64,000 nucleotides of DNA from Mytilus californianus (taxonomy: Eukaryota). A program made the position numbers and the translations under genes. Positions 51,312 to 64,000 of this stretch are shown here, piece by piece. The first letter of the stretch is position 1, and every line of letters begins with the position of its first letter. Below the pieces are notes generated by a model. The model searched no databases. It worked only from the letters and a program-made list of their open reading frames with translations, and had not been told where the DNA came from. The stretch lies in NCBI RefSeq assembly GCF_021869535.1, contig NW_026262581.1, forward strand, positions 25,420,001 through 25,484,000. Direction: 5' to 3'.

Positions 51312-52123
51312 TTATACTTATGGGGATTTGTTTGGGAGACTTCGTAACAGTATCTTGTTACAATCAGTAATTTTCTTGTTTTCTTCAAACATATACATAT
51401 ACTTTGAACGATTTGTGTGAATAGGAGCAACATCAAAAATCGAATGTTTCCTTTGTCACGTGTTGTGTGTAATGAAAAAATAACTATGTATGACGCCTTT
51501 GTCCCAAGTGGATGACGGAACAAAATGCTTATGAAATACTTATAATATGACCGAGTAAGACATACACTTATTATCTTTTATATTATTTTAAATTAATTTA
51601 CCCAAAAATTATGACTTTCTACACCAAGGCAAAAAAAAAAATAAAAATCACTCATGTCACAACCGTACATGGATGTACGTACCTTATTTCCCTAGACACG
51701 GCGCGATATAGCTTTTGCGGCATAAAACAGTCAGCAATAAATCAATCAATCAATTACTATGTCCCTAGATGATGTATATCAACTGTATTTACTTAATAGT
51801 TACATTTAATATAAAGATAAGAAGATGCGGTATGATTGCCAATGAGACAACTCTCCACAAGAGACCAAATGACACAGAAATTAACAACAAATTAACAATT
51901 ATAGACTGTTTTCAAGTAGACAGCAATTTGGTGTGCGCATATTGCTTCTTAATTAAGAGTAATTGAAGCTTTCGAACAGTAAGTTTCAGCCATGTGGGTT
52001 TGTTCAATTTCCGACGTACGATTCATATCCGTTCCTTATATGCTTCGCAATACTCCAATTAAACTTTTTCTTTTGGGGTTGGTAGAAAAGAAGTAATCCA
52101 AAAAAGATATTGGAAAGTTCATA

Positions 52124-55095
52124 GAATCATGTGCATAACAGTGTAGCCGAGACCATTGATTGGCGCGCTAAAATATCCCATTGACTGGGTCAGATTAGGT
52201 GAACGTTCGTCTGTAACGCCCAAAACTCACGACGTATTTATTATAGACATTTAAACTGTGAGGTCACCAAAGGGTCTCAACGCCTAAATAAAATAATTCG
52301 AAAAACTAATCAGGAATAACCTTTGTGTTTTGATTTATATTGAATACTTACACTGAACTGCGGCCAAGCTTAGTGAAAGGTCGTGCAACATAATCAGTCA
52401 AACAAACTTTATTAGATTAACTCGTTAAGGAATGATCGTTTTCATTGGTCAATTCAAACCTTCGACCTCACACCTGCGAAAATAGAACACGCGTACTAAA
52501 AAGCTGAATGGACTGATCAGTATTCACGTAGCCGGTCAAGGTCGTTAAAAACTTCCATCTTCGTATTCCCGAACATGATTGTGTTCTTGATTATCCCATG
52601 GCAATTCTAGCTTTTATACATGTGCATGTAAAATTTTAAACTTTAATCTTAACAGTCACGTCGAAATATTTAATTCAACTGTCTCCTCTCAATTGGTCCT
52701 TGATTAAGGGAGCTACCATTATATTTTGATTTGGGGTGAAGGACTTGGATGAAACATTTTGTCCTGCATTTTTTTTAGTTGTTATCTCTGTCCTGTCTTT
52801 CTATTTTTCAGTCCGTTAGGTCCTGACTATATTTATTCGTTTATCCTGATTTTTTACATAAATCGTCATCCTGCCTTTTTTTTTGTCAAGTTGCTCACCC
52901 TGCCTTATCTTTTATTCAATGGACTTGATGAATTAACGTTGTACTTGAAATGAAACCGTACTTAACTACAAAAATAACCAAATTACATACTAAAGATATT
53001 GCTCGATTTTCATAGTAAATGGGTTTGTGTTATAAACTGTCATGTTCATTATTTATATTCTTTCATAAGTTTTAGGATAGTGTGATTTTTTTTCTGATTT
53101 AGTTTACTTGATTTTGAAAAAAAAATCCCGAAATTCTAAGTAAATTCAGAACATGTAACCAGCCATGCTTTGTTTAGAGAAAAAATGGAGATGGCAAACC
53201 ATGGCACAGTGGAAGGAAATGTACTTTATAAACTCCAGCGATATACTTTCTTAATTTATAATTAACAGTTTTGCTATCCTCGGTTGAAAATTATACATTG
53301 TAAATATTTAAATAGTTGCATAGAAAACAATCAGTTTTAAACAGTGTGGTTATTCACTAAATGTATTGATAAAAGGTGACTCCATTTTTGTACATACTTT
53401 TACAGTAGTCATCCTTAGTTTCTTAATATTTCGTTTATAAGTTTATCATACATGTATGATTTTGTATTTCATGCCACACGTTACTTTGGCGGATAGTTCA
53501 ACAATGTTATGCAAAGCTCTATTCTTACGGTATGAAATTAAAGGATAAATTTTCAACCAATTAAAATCGAAAACAGTACATTTATATAGTTCCTTATAAA
53601 CTACGACATTTCTCACAAGTATTTATTTATTTTTTAGTTCCACACATGCAAAAATAAAGTCTTCGCCGATGAAACATTTCAAACCTTTTTACACCAACAT
53701 GCCTTCACTGAATTCATTTGAATTTCGTGGTGACCATGATAGTACATTGCATAGTACATCTATATTCACGTGCACACATGGTACGATCTTTCGGGGACAA
53801 TTTGCTCGTTTATGACACGTCATTTCTGAATGACCAAACGCTTAGCTACTTTATTTTCGTTTTATAGCATGAAAACAATAAAAGAGGAATGTGCAACCCA
53901 TCATAAATTTGAAGTGGATCAGTATTATGAGATCCATCATAAGTAACTACGACATTGTCAGGATAATAACCTAGCGTCAATATGAAAGAAATTAAAGTGG
54001 TTCATACATTCATCCGTATAAAAGCGGCACATGTATTTTATTTTATCCTTATATTTTCATAGTGCGGTACAAGTGCTGCGTGCATAAAGAATATTACTTA
54101 ACACAAATTATTAGTATAATATTTCAACCCCACTATTTGAAATTCACAAAATACTTATTTAATTATTTCGACCAAAAATCATTGTTTTTTACGTTCGTAG
54201 TAACGTAGTACATTCCATTGTCGGTCACCTGTGTCAATTCACGTGCACACAACAACTGTTGTTGTATTTAAATCGTTCGGCCAATGAAATGAGACGTTAC
54301 AAGTTGTTTGTTTGTGATACGCCAGAATGTTATCAATGAATTATCAATCGCTAAACTTGACTGCATTTCAGTGTAAACGTTCTTTACTTGTGTTTTCGTT
54401 ATGTTTTAATAATCAATTTTTATGATATCGCACGTTCTTTCCGCAAAAAAAAAAAAGGATTTAACTGGCTTTAAAAGTTAGAATGCATGTGTTGATTATT
54501 ATCTTTTTTTTCGGACGTCAAAGCGATTTAACAATTGCGGTTGCATGTCCAATTATGTCATCTTTTAACTTTTTTCTGTTCAAAATTTTATTTTAGAACG
54601 AATGCATGATCAACTTTAAAAAGTGTGCGTACACAAAACATATAGACAAAATATACTTCTGTCCTGTCTTTTTCGTACTTGCAAGTTATTAGGCAATAAA
54701 AAGGCTATTTGGATCAAGCCTTGTGGAATTTGCATTTACGTTTTTGAATAGGTAAAATGTATAGTTTGGTGAACTTTTCTGCTAACTACTATACTTGTGA
54801 AAAACCCTTGGCAACAGAAACATTTTCAGCCTTTTTTTTAATCGACCCAATTTACATAGTAATGGACGACTTCGTACATTTTATGATCGCAAATAAAATA
54901 TGTATATAATATACTGTGCATTGTAGTTCGTATATATACTGAAACCCTTTGGCAACCCCACAGTTTAAATGTTTATAATAAATACGTCGTGAGTTGTGGG
55001 CGTTACAGACGAACGTTCACCTAATCTGACCCAGTCAATGGGATATTTTAGCGCGCCAATCAATGGTCTCGCCTACACTGTTTTGCACATGATTC
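52124..55095. mobile_element. 2.97-kb non-autonomous DNA transposon with ~155-bp TIRs and TA flanks (copy 1)
   Basis: TA|GAATCATGTGCA.AACAGTGTAG.CGAGACCATTGATTGGCGCGC... inverted at 54940-55095|TA; no transposase ORF. Confidence 0.85.
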
Positions 55096-56829
55096 TATTT
55101 AGTGTAGTGTTTTGTAGTATGGAGCAGAACGAATATGAAATCTGTGCCGACGATTGGGATAGGGATTAGCTAGAAAAATAATAACATCTTCAAAATACCA
55201 TAATCGGTCCTTATAAGTGAGATGAACAACTTTTAACAGACTGCTATCTGTATTCCATTTTCAACAACTTATTATAGGACGAAAACATACGATGAAACCA
55301 GACTTGAGACAAGCATCAAAAGGTGTCAGGGTTAAAAAAATGTATTATATTTTTTTTAATCTCTATCCGTGATATTGCAAAATATAAATATAATTATTAG
55401 TATACACGTACATGTATAATCAGTTCAGCAATTTTGGTATCAAATTCGGCAGATTTCAAGGGTACAAATCAAAATATACAAAATAATTCTGCTCCATAGA
55501 ATGTTCATATTAATTGAAGGCAAGAACAAACTATGTTATCTGTTGACATATAAATTAAACTTCATATCGTTTGCGTATTCAAAAACAAAATGACATTTTC
55601 ATGTTGTCCTTCTAATATCGGCCGCTGTACTTCAGAGTAGATGTTGTACATTAACAAATAACCAAATACATGTAAGCACATGAATCATCTTTTAGCCAGT
55701 GCTTCCAAAGAACCATTGCTGATCTTTATACAAGACCTACTATCCCCGATAATCTATTAATGAATGCATACAATGTAATTACGGTTTCATGATACAGTCC
55801 GCACGAATATTTATCTCGACGAATCGAGTTACGGTGGTGATTTACTTACATCGAATGAAAGTGAGGTTATCAGAGTTAAGACAGGACTTTTAATTTGAGG
55901 GATTTAACGAACAGTTACGACGTTTTGGAATAGACGGATAATGATAATTTTTACATTTTTCATTCCACTATATTTTTTCGTTTATTTACAAACAACCAAT
56001 GGTAAGTTTAATACATTTTTTTTACCATGTCATCAAATAAAATGCATGTGTAAGAATTTATTCAAATAAAAAGGCAATCTAATAAGTAAAGCGATAAAAT
56101 AAAATTTTAATAGACTTATTTAAAATACTATGTCATTTAGAATAGAAGTATAACATTTTTTATTATACAATTCATCTAAAATATATGGATTTCGTTTTTT
56201 ATTTAACAATTCTATCACATTTTTTTTTCATTATCATCTATTTGATATATTTACTTTATACTGATAGGGTAAACAAGTGATGATGAACCAATTATTCTTG
56301 TATTTTTTTGTATAGCAGCGTAGTCAATTTCGTTACGTCTTTTATTTTTTAAATTTCAACTTAGCAGCATGTATTTCTTGATTATCATAGAGCTTTTTAT
56401 ATTTATGGTACCTAAATGTAATATATTTCATGGAATTTTTTATATTTTTTAAAAACATTTCTCAAACCTCCGCTTTCCTATCACTTTTTTTTTTCTTGGT
56501 AAAATACGGCGTTAACAGTTTTACAATTTCTTATAACAATAATGCATTAACAAAATGTGAGACAAATTTCGTAATTACAAAAATTGGGAATCTTTGACGG
56601 CAAAATAATACAGAATAAAGCTTAAGAGTTATAAGGAAATAAACCACATTTTGCATATTCAAAATCTCTAGATTTAATTAATTATATCTCAATTTTCACA
56701 CGAGGGCCTACACCAAATTTGTTTCGGCTGCTCAATTGATTTTAACAATAATATGTTTATAGTCTCTGAAATAAAGATCTACACAAAATATAAATGCAAA
56801 TACATGTGTTCTAACTTATAAAACTCTTT

Positions 56830-57018
56830 TCTGTATTGATAAACAAGGTAGGTTTACTTTTAATTGTAACTGTTATGAGATAGATATAGCTCTAAATGTT
56901 CTCCTGGACAACATCTATGTAAGTTGTTTCGGCAATACAGTTTATCGACAGGTTGTGCGTCTTCCTATGGGCACCCATTGCGTCTCTACAATAGCAGACT
57001 GTTTTCTGTATTGTCAGT
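56830..57018 (+). pseudogene. Penelope-like reverse transcriptase fragment (duplicate at ~62609-62797)
   Basis: LNVLLDNIYVSCFGNTVYRQVVRLPMGTHCVSTIADCFLYC resembles the PLE RT motif F..YRQ..GIPMGTNCAP..ADLFL. Confidence 0.7.
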
Positions 57019-57040
57019 GATTGTTATTAATCACAGTTAA

Positions 57041-57638
57041 GGTAGATGGGGGTTCTTAATTAAAATCAATAGAATTTTTTAATAACTTGACAAAATGTAG
57101 TTTATATGATGGCTTTCTTAAATATATAATAAAAAGTATGGATCATGGGGCTTTTTTTTCAAGCTACATGTTGTGCAAAATTGTCAGATGTTGTGTAAAT
57201 TATTCATGGGAAAACACAATTTTGGGTGATAGAAAGAAAACTAAACCATAGAATTGTAAGATAAAATATAAGAAGATAGCTCTTATAATGGGCTTTCAAA
57301 ATAGAGATAGAAACATTAGGGTCACGGGACTCTCTTTCTTGCTACAAAACAAAATAGGTGATTTCATAACACATTCCAGTATAAAAGTTACATTATCTGA
57401 GTTTTATCCACCTATATGACAAAGTTGAAAAAATTGAATCAAACAAAATATATTCTGTATTTGTAGAAACAGACGCAAAAATATGATAAAACACATAATT
57501 TTCTTCATTCAGATGAAAAGTCTAACACATGAATGACATTCTTCTTCCAAAATTTGTAAATTTCATTAAAGATCGAGACCCGATTGTTTAATTTCTGCTT
57601 GTTTACAGTCCAAGATGGCGGAAAACACCCGTGCTACC
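57041..57638. mobile_element. 598-bp TTAA-flanked MITE (duplicate at 62820-63417)
   Basis: TTAA|GGTAG...CTACC|TTAA. Confidence 0.7.
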
Positions 57639-57901
57639 TTAATGACCAAACTTAGCAAGGATACTAGGTCTAAATTACATTTAATAGAAAAATTTAGACA
57701 GCAATTTGGTGTTCGCATATTGCTTCTTAATTAAGAGTAATTGAAGCTTTCGAACAGTAAGTTTCAGCCATGTGGGTTTGTTCAATTTCCGACGTACGAT
57801 TCATATCCGTTCCTTATATGCTTCGCAATACTCCAATTAAACTTTTTCTTTTGGGGTTGGTAGAAAAGAAGTAATCCAAAAAAGATATTGGAAAGTTCAT
57901 A

Positions 57902-60874
57902 GAATCATGTACATAACAGTGTAGCCGAGACCATTGATTGGCGCGCTAAAATATCCCATTGACTGGGTCAGATTAGGTGAACGTTCGTCTGTAACGCCCA
58001 AAACTCACGACGTATTTATTATAGACATTTAAACTGTGAGGTCACCAAAGGGTCTCAACGCCTAAATAAAATAATTCGAAAAACTAATCAGGAATAACCT
58101 TTGTGTTTTGATTTATATTGAATACTTACACTGAACTGCGGCCAAGCTTAGTGAAAGGTCGTGCAACATAATCAGTCAAACAAACTTTATTAGATTAACT
58201 CGTTAAGGAACGATCGTTTTCATTGGTCAATTCAAACCTTCGACCTCACACCTGCGAAAATAGAACACGCGTACTAAAAAGCTGAATGGACTGATCAGTA
58301 TTCACGTAGCCGGTCAAGGTCGTTAAAAACTTCCATCTTCGTATTCCCGAACATGATTGTGTTCTTGATTATCCCATGGCAATTCTAGCTTTTATACATG
58401 TGCATGTAAAATTTTAAACTTTAATCTTAACAGTCACGTCGAAATATTTAATTCAACTGTCTCCTCTCAATTGGTCCTTGATTAAGGGAGCTACCATTAT
58501 ATTTTGATTTGGGGTGAAGGACTTGGATGAAACATTTTGTCCTGCATTTTTTTTAGTTGTTATCTCTGTCCTGTCTTTCTATTTTTCAGTCCGTTAGGTC
58601 CTGACTATATTTATTCGTTTATCCTGATTTTTTACATAAATCGTCATCCTGCCTTTTTTTTTGTCAAGTTGCTCACCCTGCCTTATCTTTTATTCAATGG
58701 ACTTGATGAATTAACGTTGTACTTGAAATGAAACCGTACTTAACTACAAAAATAACCAAATTACATACTAAAGATATTGCTCGATTTTCATAGTAAATGG
58801 GTTTGTGTTATAAACTGTCATGTTCATTACTTATATTCTTTCATAAGTTTTAGGATAGTGTGATTTTTTTTCTGATTTAGTTTACTTGATTTTGAAAAAA
58901 AAATCCCGAAATTCTAAGTAAATTCAGAACATGTAACCAGCCATGCTTTGTTTAGAGAAAAAATGGAGATGGCAAACCATGGCACAGTGGAAGGAAATGT
59001 ACTTTATAAACTCCAGCGATATACTTTCTTAATTTATAATTAACAGTTTTGCTATCCTCGGTTGAAAATTATACATTGTAAATATTTAAATAGTTGCATA
59101 GAAAACAATCAGTTTTAAACAGTGTGGTTATTCACTAAATGTATTGATAAAAGGTGACTCCATTTTTGTACATACTTTTACAGTAGTCATCCTTAGTTTC
59201 TTAATATTTCGTTTATAAGTTTATCATACATGTATGATTTTGTATTTCATGCCACACGTTACTTTGGCGGATAGTTCAACAATGTTATGCAAAGCTCTAT
59301 TCTTACGGTATGAAATTAAAGGATAAATTTTCAACCAATTAAAATCGAAAACAGTACATTTATATAGTTCCTTATAAACTACGACATTTCTCACAAGTAT
59401 TTATTTATTTTTTAGTTCCACACATGCAAAAATAAAGTCTTCGCCGATGAAACATTTCAAACCTTTTTACACCAACATGCCTTCACTGAATTCATTTGAA
59501 TTTCGTGGTGACCATGATAGTACATTGCATAGTACATCTATATTCACGTGCACACATGGTACGATCTTTCGGGGACAATTTGCTCGTTTATGACACGTCA
59601 TTTCTGAATGACCAAACGCTTAGCTACTTTATTTTCGTTTTATAGCATGAAAACAATAAAAGAGGAATGTGCAACCCATCATAAATTTGAAGTGGATCAG
59701 TATTATGAGATCCATCATAAGTAACTACGACACTGTCAGGATAATAACCTAGCGTCAATATGAAAGAAATTAAAGTGGTTCATACATTCATCCGTATAAA
59801 AGCGGCACATGTATTTTATTTTATCCTTATATTTTTCATAGTGCGGTACAAGTGCTGCGTGCATAAAGAATATTACTTAACACAAATTATTAGTATAATA
59901 TTTCAACCCCACTATTTGAAATTCACAAAATACTTATTTAATTATTTCGACCAAAAATCATTGTTTTTTACGTTCGTAGTAACGTAGTACATTCCATTGT
60001 CGGTCACCTGTGTCAATTCACGTGCACACAACAACTGTTGTTGTATTTAAATCGTTCGGCCAATGAAATGAGACGTTACAAGTTGTTTGTTTGTGATACG
60101 CCAGAATGTTATCAATGAATTATCAATCGCTAAACTTGACTGCATTTCAGTGTAAACGTTCTTTACTTGTGTTTTCGTTATGTTTTAATAATCAATTTTT
60201 ATGATATCGCACGTTCTTTCCGCAAAAAAAAAAAAGGATTTAACTGGCTTTAAAAGTTAGAATGCATGTGTTGACTATTATCTTTTTTTTCGGACGTCAA
60301 AGCGATTTAACAATTGCGGTTGCATGTCCAATTATGTCATCTTTTAACTTTTTTCTGTTCAAAATTTTATTTTAGAACGAATGCATGATCAACTTTAAAA
60401 AGTGTGCGTACACAAAACATATAGACAAAATATACTTCTGTCCTGTCTTTTTCGTACTTGCAAGTTATTAGGCAATAAAAAGGCTATTTGGATCAAGCCT
60501 TGTGGAATTTGCATTTACGTTTTTGAATAGGTAAAATGTATTGTTTGGTGAACTTTTCTGCTAACTACTATACTTGTGAAAAACCCTTGGCAACAGAAAC
60601 ATTTTCAGCCTTTTTTTTAATCGACCCAATTTACATAGTAATGGACGACTTCGTACATTTTATGATCGCAAATAAAATATGTATATAATATACTGTGCAT
60701 TGTAGTTCGTATATATACTGAAACCCTTTGGCAACCCCACAGTTTAAATGTTTATAATAAATACGTCGTGAGTTGTGGGCGTTACAGACGAACGTTCACC
60801 TAATCTGACCCAGTCAATGGGATATTTTAGCGCGCCAATCAATGGTCTCGCCTACACTGTTTTGCACATGATTC
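57902..60874. mobile_element. Copy 2 of the long-TIR element, inside the duplicated unit
   Basis: Same termini shifted by 5778-5779. Confidence 0.85.
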
Positions 60875-63800
60875 TATTTAGTGTAGTGTTTTGTAGTATG
60901 GAGCAGAACGAATATGAAATCTGTGCCGACGATTGGGATAGGGATTAGCTAGAAAAATAATAACATCTTCAAAATACCATAATCGGTCCTTATAAGTGAG
61001 ATGAACAACTTTTAACAGACTGCTATCTGTATTCCATTTTCAACAACTTGTTATAGGACGAAAACATACGATGAAACCAGACTTGAGACAAGCATCAAAA
61101 GGTGTCAGGGTTAAAAAAATGTATTATATTTTTTTTAATCTCTATCCGTGATATTGCAAAATATAAATATAATTATTAGTATACACGTACATGTATAATC
61201 AGTTCAGCAATTTTGGTATCAAATTCGGCAGATTTCAAGGGTACAAATCAAAATATACAAAATAATTCTGCTCCATAGAATGTTCATATTAATTGAAGGC
61301 AAGAACAAACTATGTTATCTGTTGACATATAAATTAAACTTCATATCGTTTGCGTATTCAAAAACAAAATGACATTTTCATGTTGTCCTTCTAATATCGG
61401 CCGCTGTACTTCAGAGTAGATGTTGTACATTAACAAATAACCAAATACATGTAAGCACATGAATCATCTTTTAGCCAGTGCTTCCAAAGAACCATTGCTG
61501 ATCTTTATACAAGACCTACTATCCCCGATAATCTATTAATGAATGCATACAATGTAATTACGGTTTCATGATACAGTCCGCACGAATATTTATCTCGACG
61601 AATCGAGTTACGGTGGTGATTTACTTACATCGAATGAAAGTGAGGTTATCAGAGTTAAGACAGGACTTTTAATTTGAGGGATTTAACGAACAGTTACGAC
61701 GTTTTGGAATAGACGGATAATGATAATTTTTACATTTTTCATTCCACTATATTTTTTCGTTTATTTACAAACAACCGATGGTAAGTTTAATACATTTTTT
61801 TTACCATGTCATCAAATAAAATGCATGTGTAAGAATTTATTCAAATAAAAAGGCAATCTAATAAGTAAAGCGATAAAATAAAATTTTAATAGACTTATTT
61901 AAAATACTATGTCATTTAGAATAGAAGTATAACATTTTTTATTATACAATTCATCTAAAATATATGGATTTCGTTTTTTATTTAACAATTCTATCACATT
62001 TTTTTTTCATTATCATCTATTTGATATATTTACTTTATACTGATAGGGTAAACAAGTGATGATGAACCAATTATTCTTGTATTTTTTTGTATAGCAGCGT
62101 AGTCAATTTCGTTACGTCTTTTATTTTTTAAATTTCAACTTAGCAGCATGTATTTCTTGATTATCATAGAGCTTTTTATATTTATGGTACCTAAATGTAA
62201 TATATTTCATGGAATTTTTTATATTTTTTAAAAACATTTCTCAAACCTCCGCTTTCCTATCACTTTTTTTTTTCTAGGTAAAATACGGCGTTAACAGTTT
62301 TACAATTTCTTATAACAATAATGCATTAACAAAATGTGAGACAAATTTCGTAATTACAAAAATTGGGAATCTTTGACGGCAAAATAATACAGAATAAAGC
62401 TTAAGAGTTATAAGGAAATAAACCACATTTTGCATATTCAAAATCTCTAGATTTAATTAATTATATTTCAATTTTCACACGAGGGCCTACACCAAATTTG
62501 TTTCGGCTGCTCAATTGATTTTAACAATAATATGTTTATAGTCTCTGAAATAAAGATCTACACAAAATATAAATGCAAATACATGTGTTCTAACTTATAA
62601 AACTCTTTTCTGTATTGATAAACAAGGTAGGTTTACTTTTAATTGTAACTGTTATGAGATAGATATAGCTCTAAATGTTCTCCTGGACAACATCTATGTA
62701 AGTTGTTTCGGCAATACAGTTTATCGACAGGTTGTGCGTCTTCCTATGGGCACCCATTGCGTCTCTACAATAGCAGACTGTTTTCTGTATTGTCAGTGAT
62801 TGTTATTAATCACAGTTAAGGTAGATGGGGGTTCTTAATTAAAATCAATAGAATTTTTTAATAACTTGACAAAATGTAGTTTATATGATGGCTTTCTTAA
62901 ATATATAATAAAAAGTATGGATCATGGGGCTTTTTTTTCAAGCTACATGTTGTGCAAAATTGTCAGATGTTGTGTAAATTATTCATGGGAAAACACAATT
63001 TTGGGTGATAGAAAGAAAACTAAACCATAGAATTGTAAGATAAAATATAAGAAGATAGCTCTTATAATGGGCTTTCAAAATAGAGATAGAAACATTAGGG
63101 TCACGGGACTCTCTTTCTTGCTACAAAACAAAATAGGTGATTTCATAACACATTCCAGTATAAAAGTTACATTATCTGAGTTTTATCCACCTATATGACA
63201 AAGTTGAAAAAATTGAATCAAACAAAATATATTCTGTATTTGTAGAAACAGACGCAAAAATATGATAAAACACATAATTTTCTTCATTCAGATGAAAAGT
63301 CTAACACATGAATGACATTCTTCTTCCAAAATTTGTAAATTTCATTAAAGATCGAGACCCGATTGTTTAATTTCTGCTTGTTTACAGTCCAAGATGGCGG
63401 AAAACACCCGTGCTACCTTAATGACCAAACTTAGCAAGGATACTAGGTCTAAATTACATTTAATAGAAAAATTTAATTGCACTAATCGTTTCGTCTTTTC
63501 ACTTTTGTTTGTGTGTATTAAATACCAATCTGTTGAGTAAAGTATTTTCCAACTGATACATGTTCTTATATTGGCAGTTTTTAATACTAATCTAGATCAG
63601 AGACATATATATATGTGTATATATGTCTCTGTCTAGATAAAAAAAAAAAAAAAAAAGCGACTGGTTGGGATCTACAAAAAAAAGGTTAACCACTCAATAT
63701 TATAACAATGTGCCTGTCCGAGGTCAGAAATTGGGTGGAAGATGGGATGGGTTTTTGCAAAAAGTTACAAAATATTTTCCAAGTTTCAAATAAAAGATGT

Positions 63801-64000
63801 TTCTTCTTTCAGAGAAATTAGCTGAATGACTGCACGTCCAAGTTCAGGCAATAATCTGACCTTAATTGTCCCTCCCAATAACTGGCTAATCCACTTACTT
63901 ATTTGACCATAGCATACATTGGCCTCAGGTTTCTACACCATGATGTACAATACTGCCCTAGACCCCAGATGGCTAATCCCCAAATAAAATTACTACACAG

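Larger units (their letters stand above)
51918..63474 (+). repeat. Near-identical tandem duplication, two 5.78-kb units (51918-57695, 57696-63474)
   Basis: Offset 5778-5779; identical ORFs at 52759 and 58537; about a dozen differences seen by eye. Confidence 0.97.

Noticed and set aside
63850-64000. Minus-strand exon at the window edge (donor-like aaataa|gtaagt near 63899)
   Set aside because: The only open frame stops at the donor, it is truncated by the window, and no protein family is recognisable.
1-64000. Remaining 60-130-aa ORFs in the supplied track
   Set aside because: Low-complexity F/I/L/Y/K-rich chance ORFs of AT-rich DNA, antisense shadows of real coding or TE sequence, or readings of repeats.

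Overview
AT-rich, repeat-dense animal genomic DNA. The interspersed repeat families look like those of a mytilid bivalve, probably Mytilus (inferred from remembered repeat sequences, not from a search). Two spliced minus-strand genes can be rebuilt from splice sites and reading phase. (1) An ~803-aa protein (30672-28572 + 28008-27698) with an N-terminal TTC22/IFIT-like TPR solenoid fused to a C-terminal TLR-type TIR domain, preceded by a duplicated pair of ~78-nt upstream exons. (2) Immediately upstream, an ~367-aa orphan single-pass membrane protein (42183-42080 + 38399-38351 + 36897-35947) with a long acidic tail carrying 15-aa repeats and Tyr motifs; the ORF track misses its TM exon. The rest is mobile DNA and duplications: Harbinger, MULE, L2-like and Penelope-like relics, hAT, PIF, TTAA-type and Helitron-like non-autonomous elements, tRNA-SINEs, decayed hammerhead-ribozyme repeats, a 640-bp BEL/Pao-derived mini LTR element, a 44-bp satellite with higher-order structure, a 1.59-kb older tandem duplication and a 5.78-kb near-identical tandem duplication. 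The best candidate for a new system is the TPR-TIR putative cytosolic sensor together with its neighbouring membrane adaptor-like gene.
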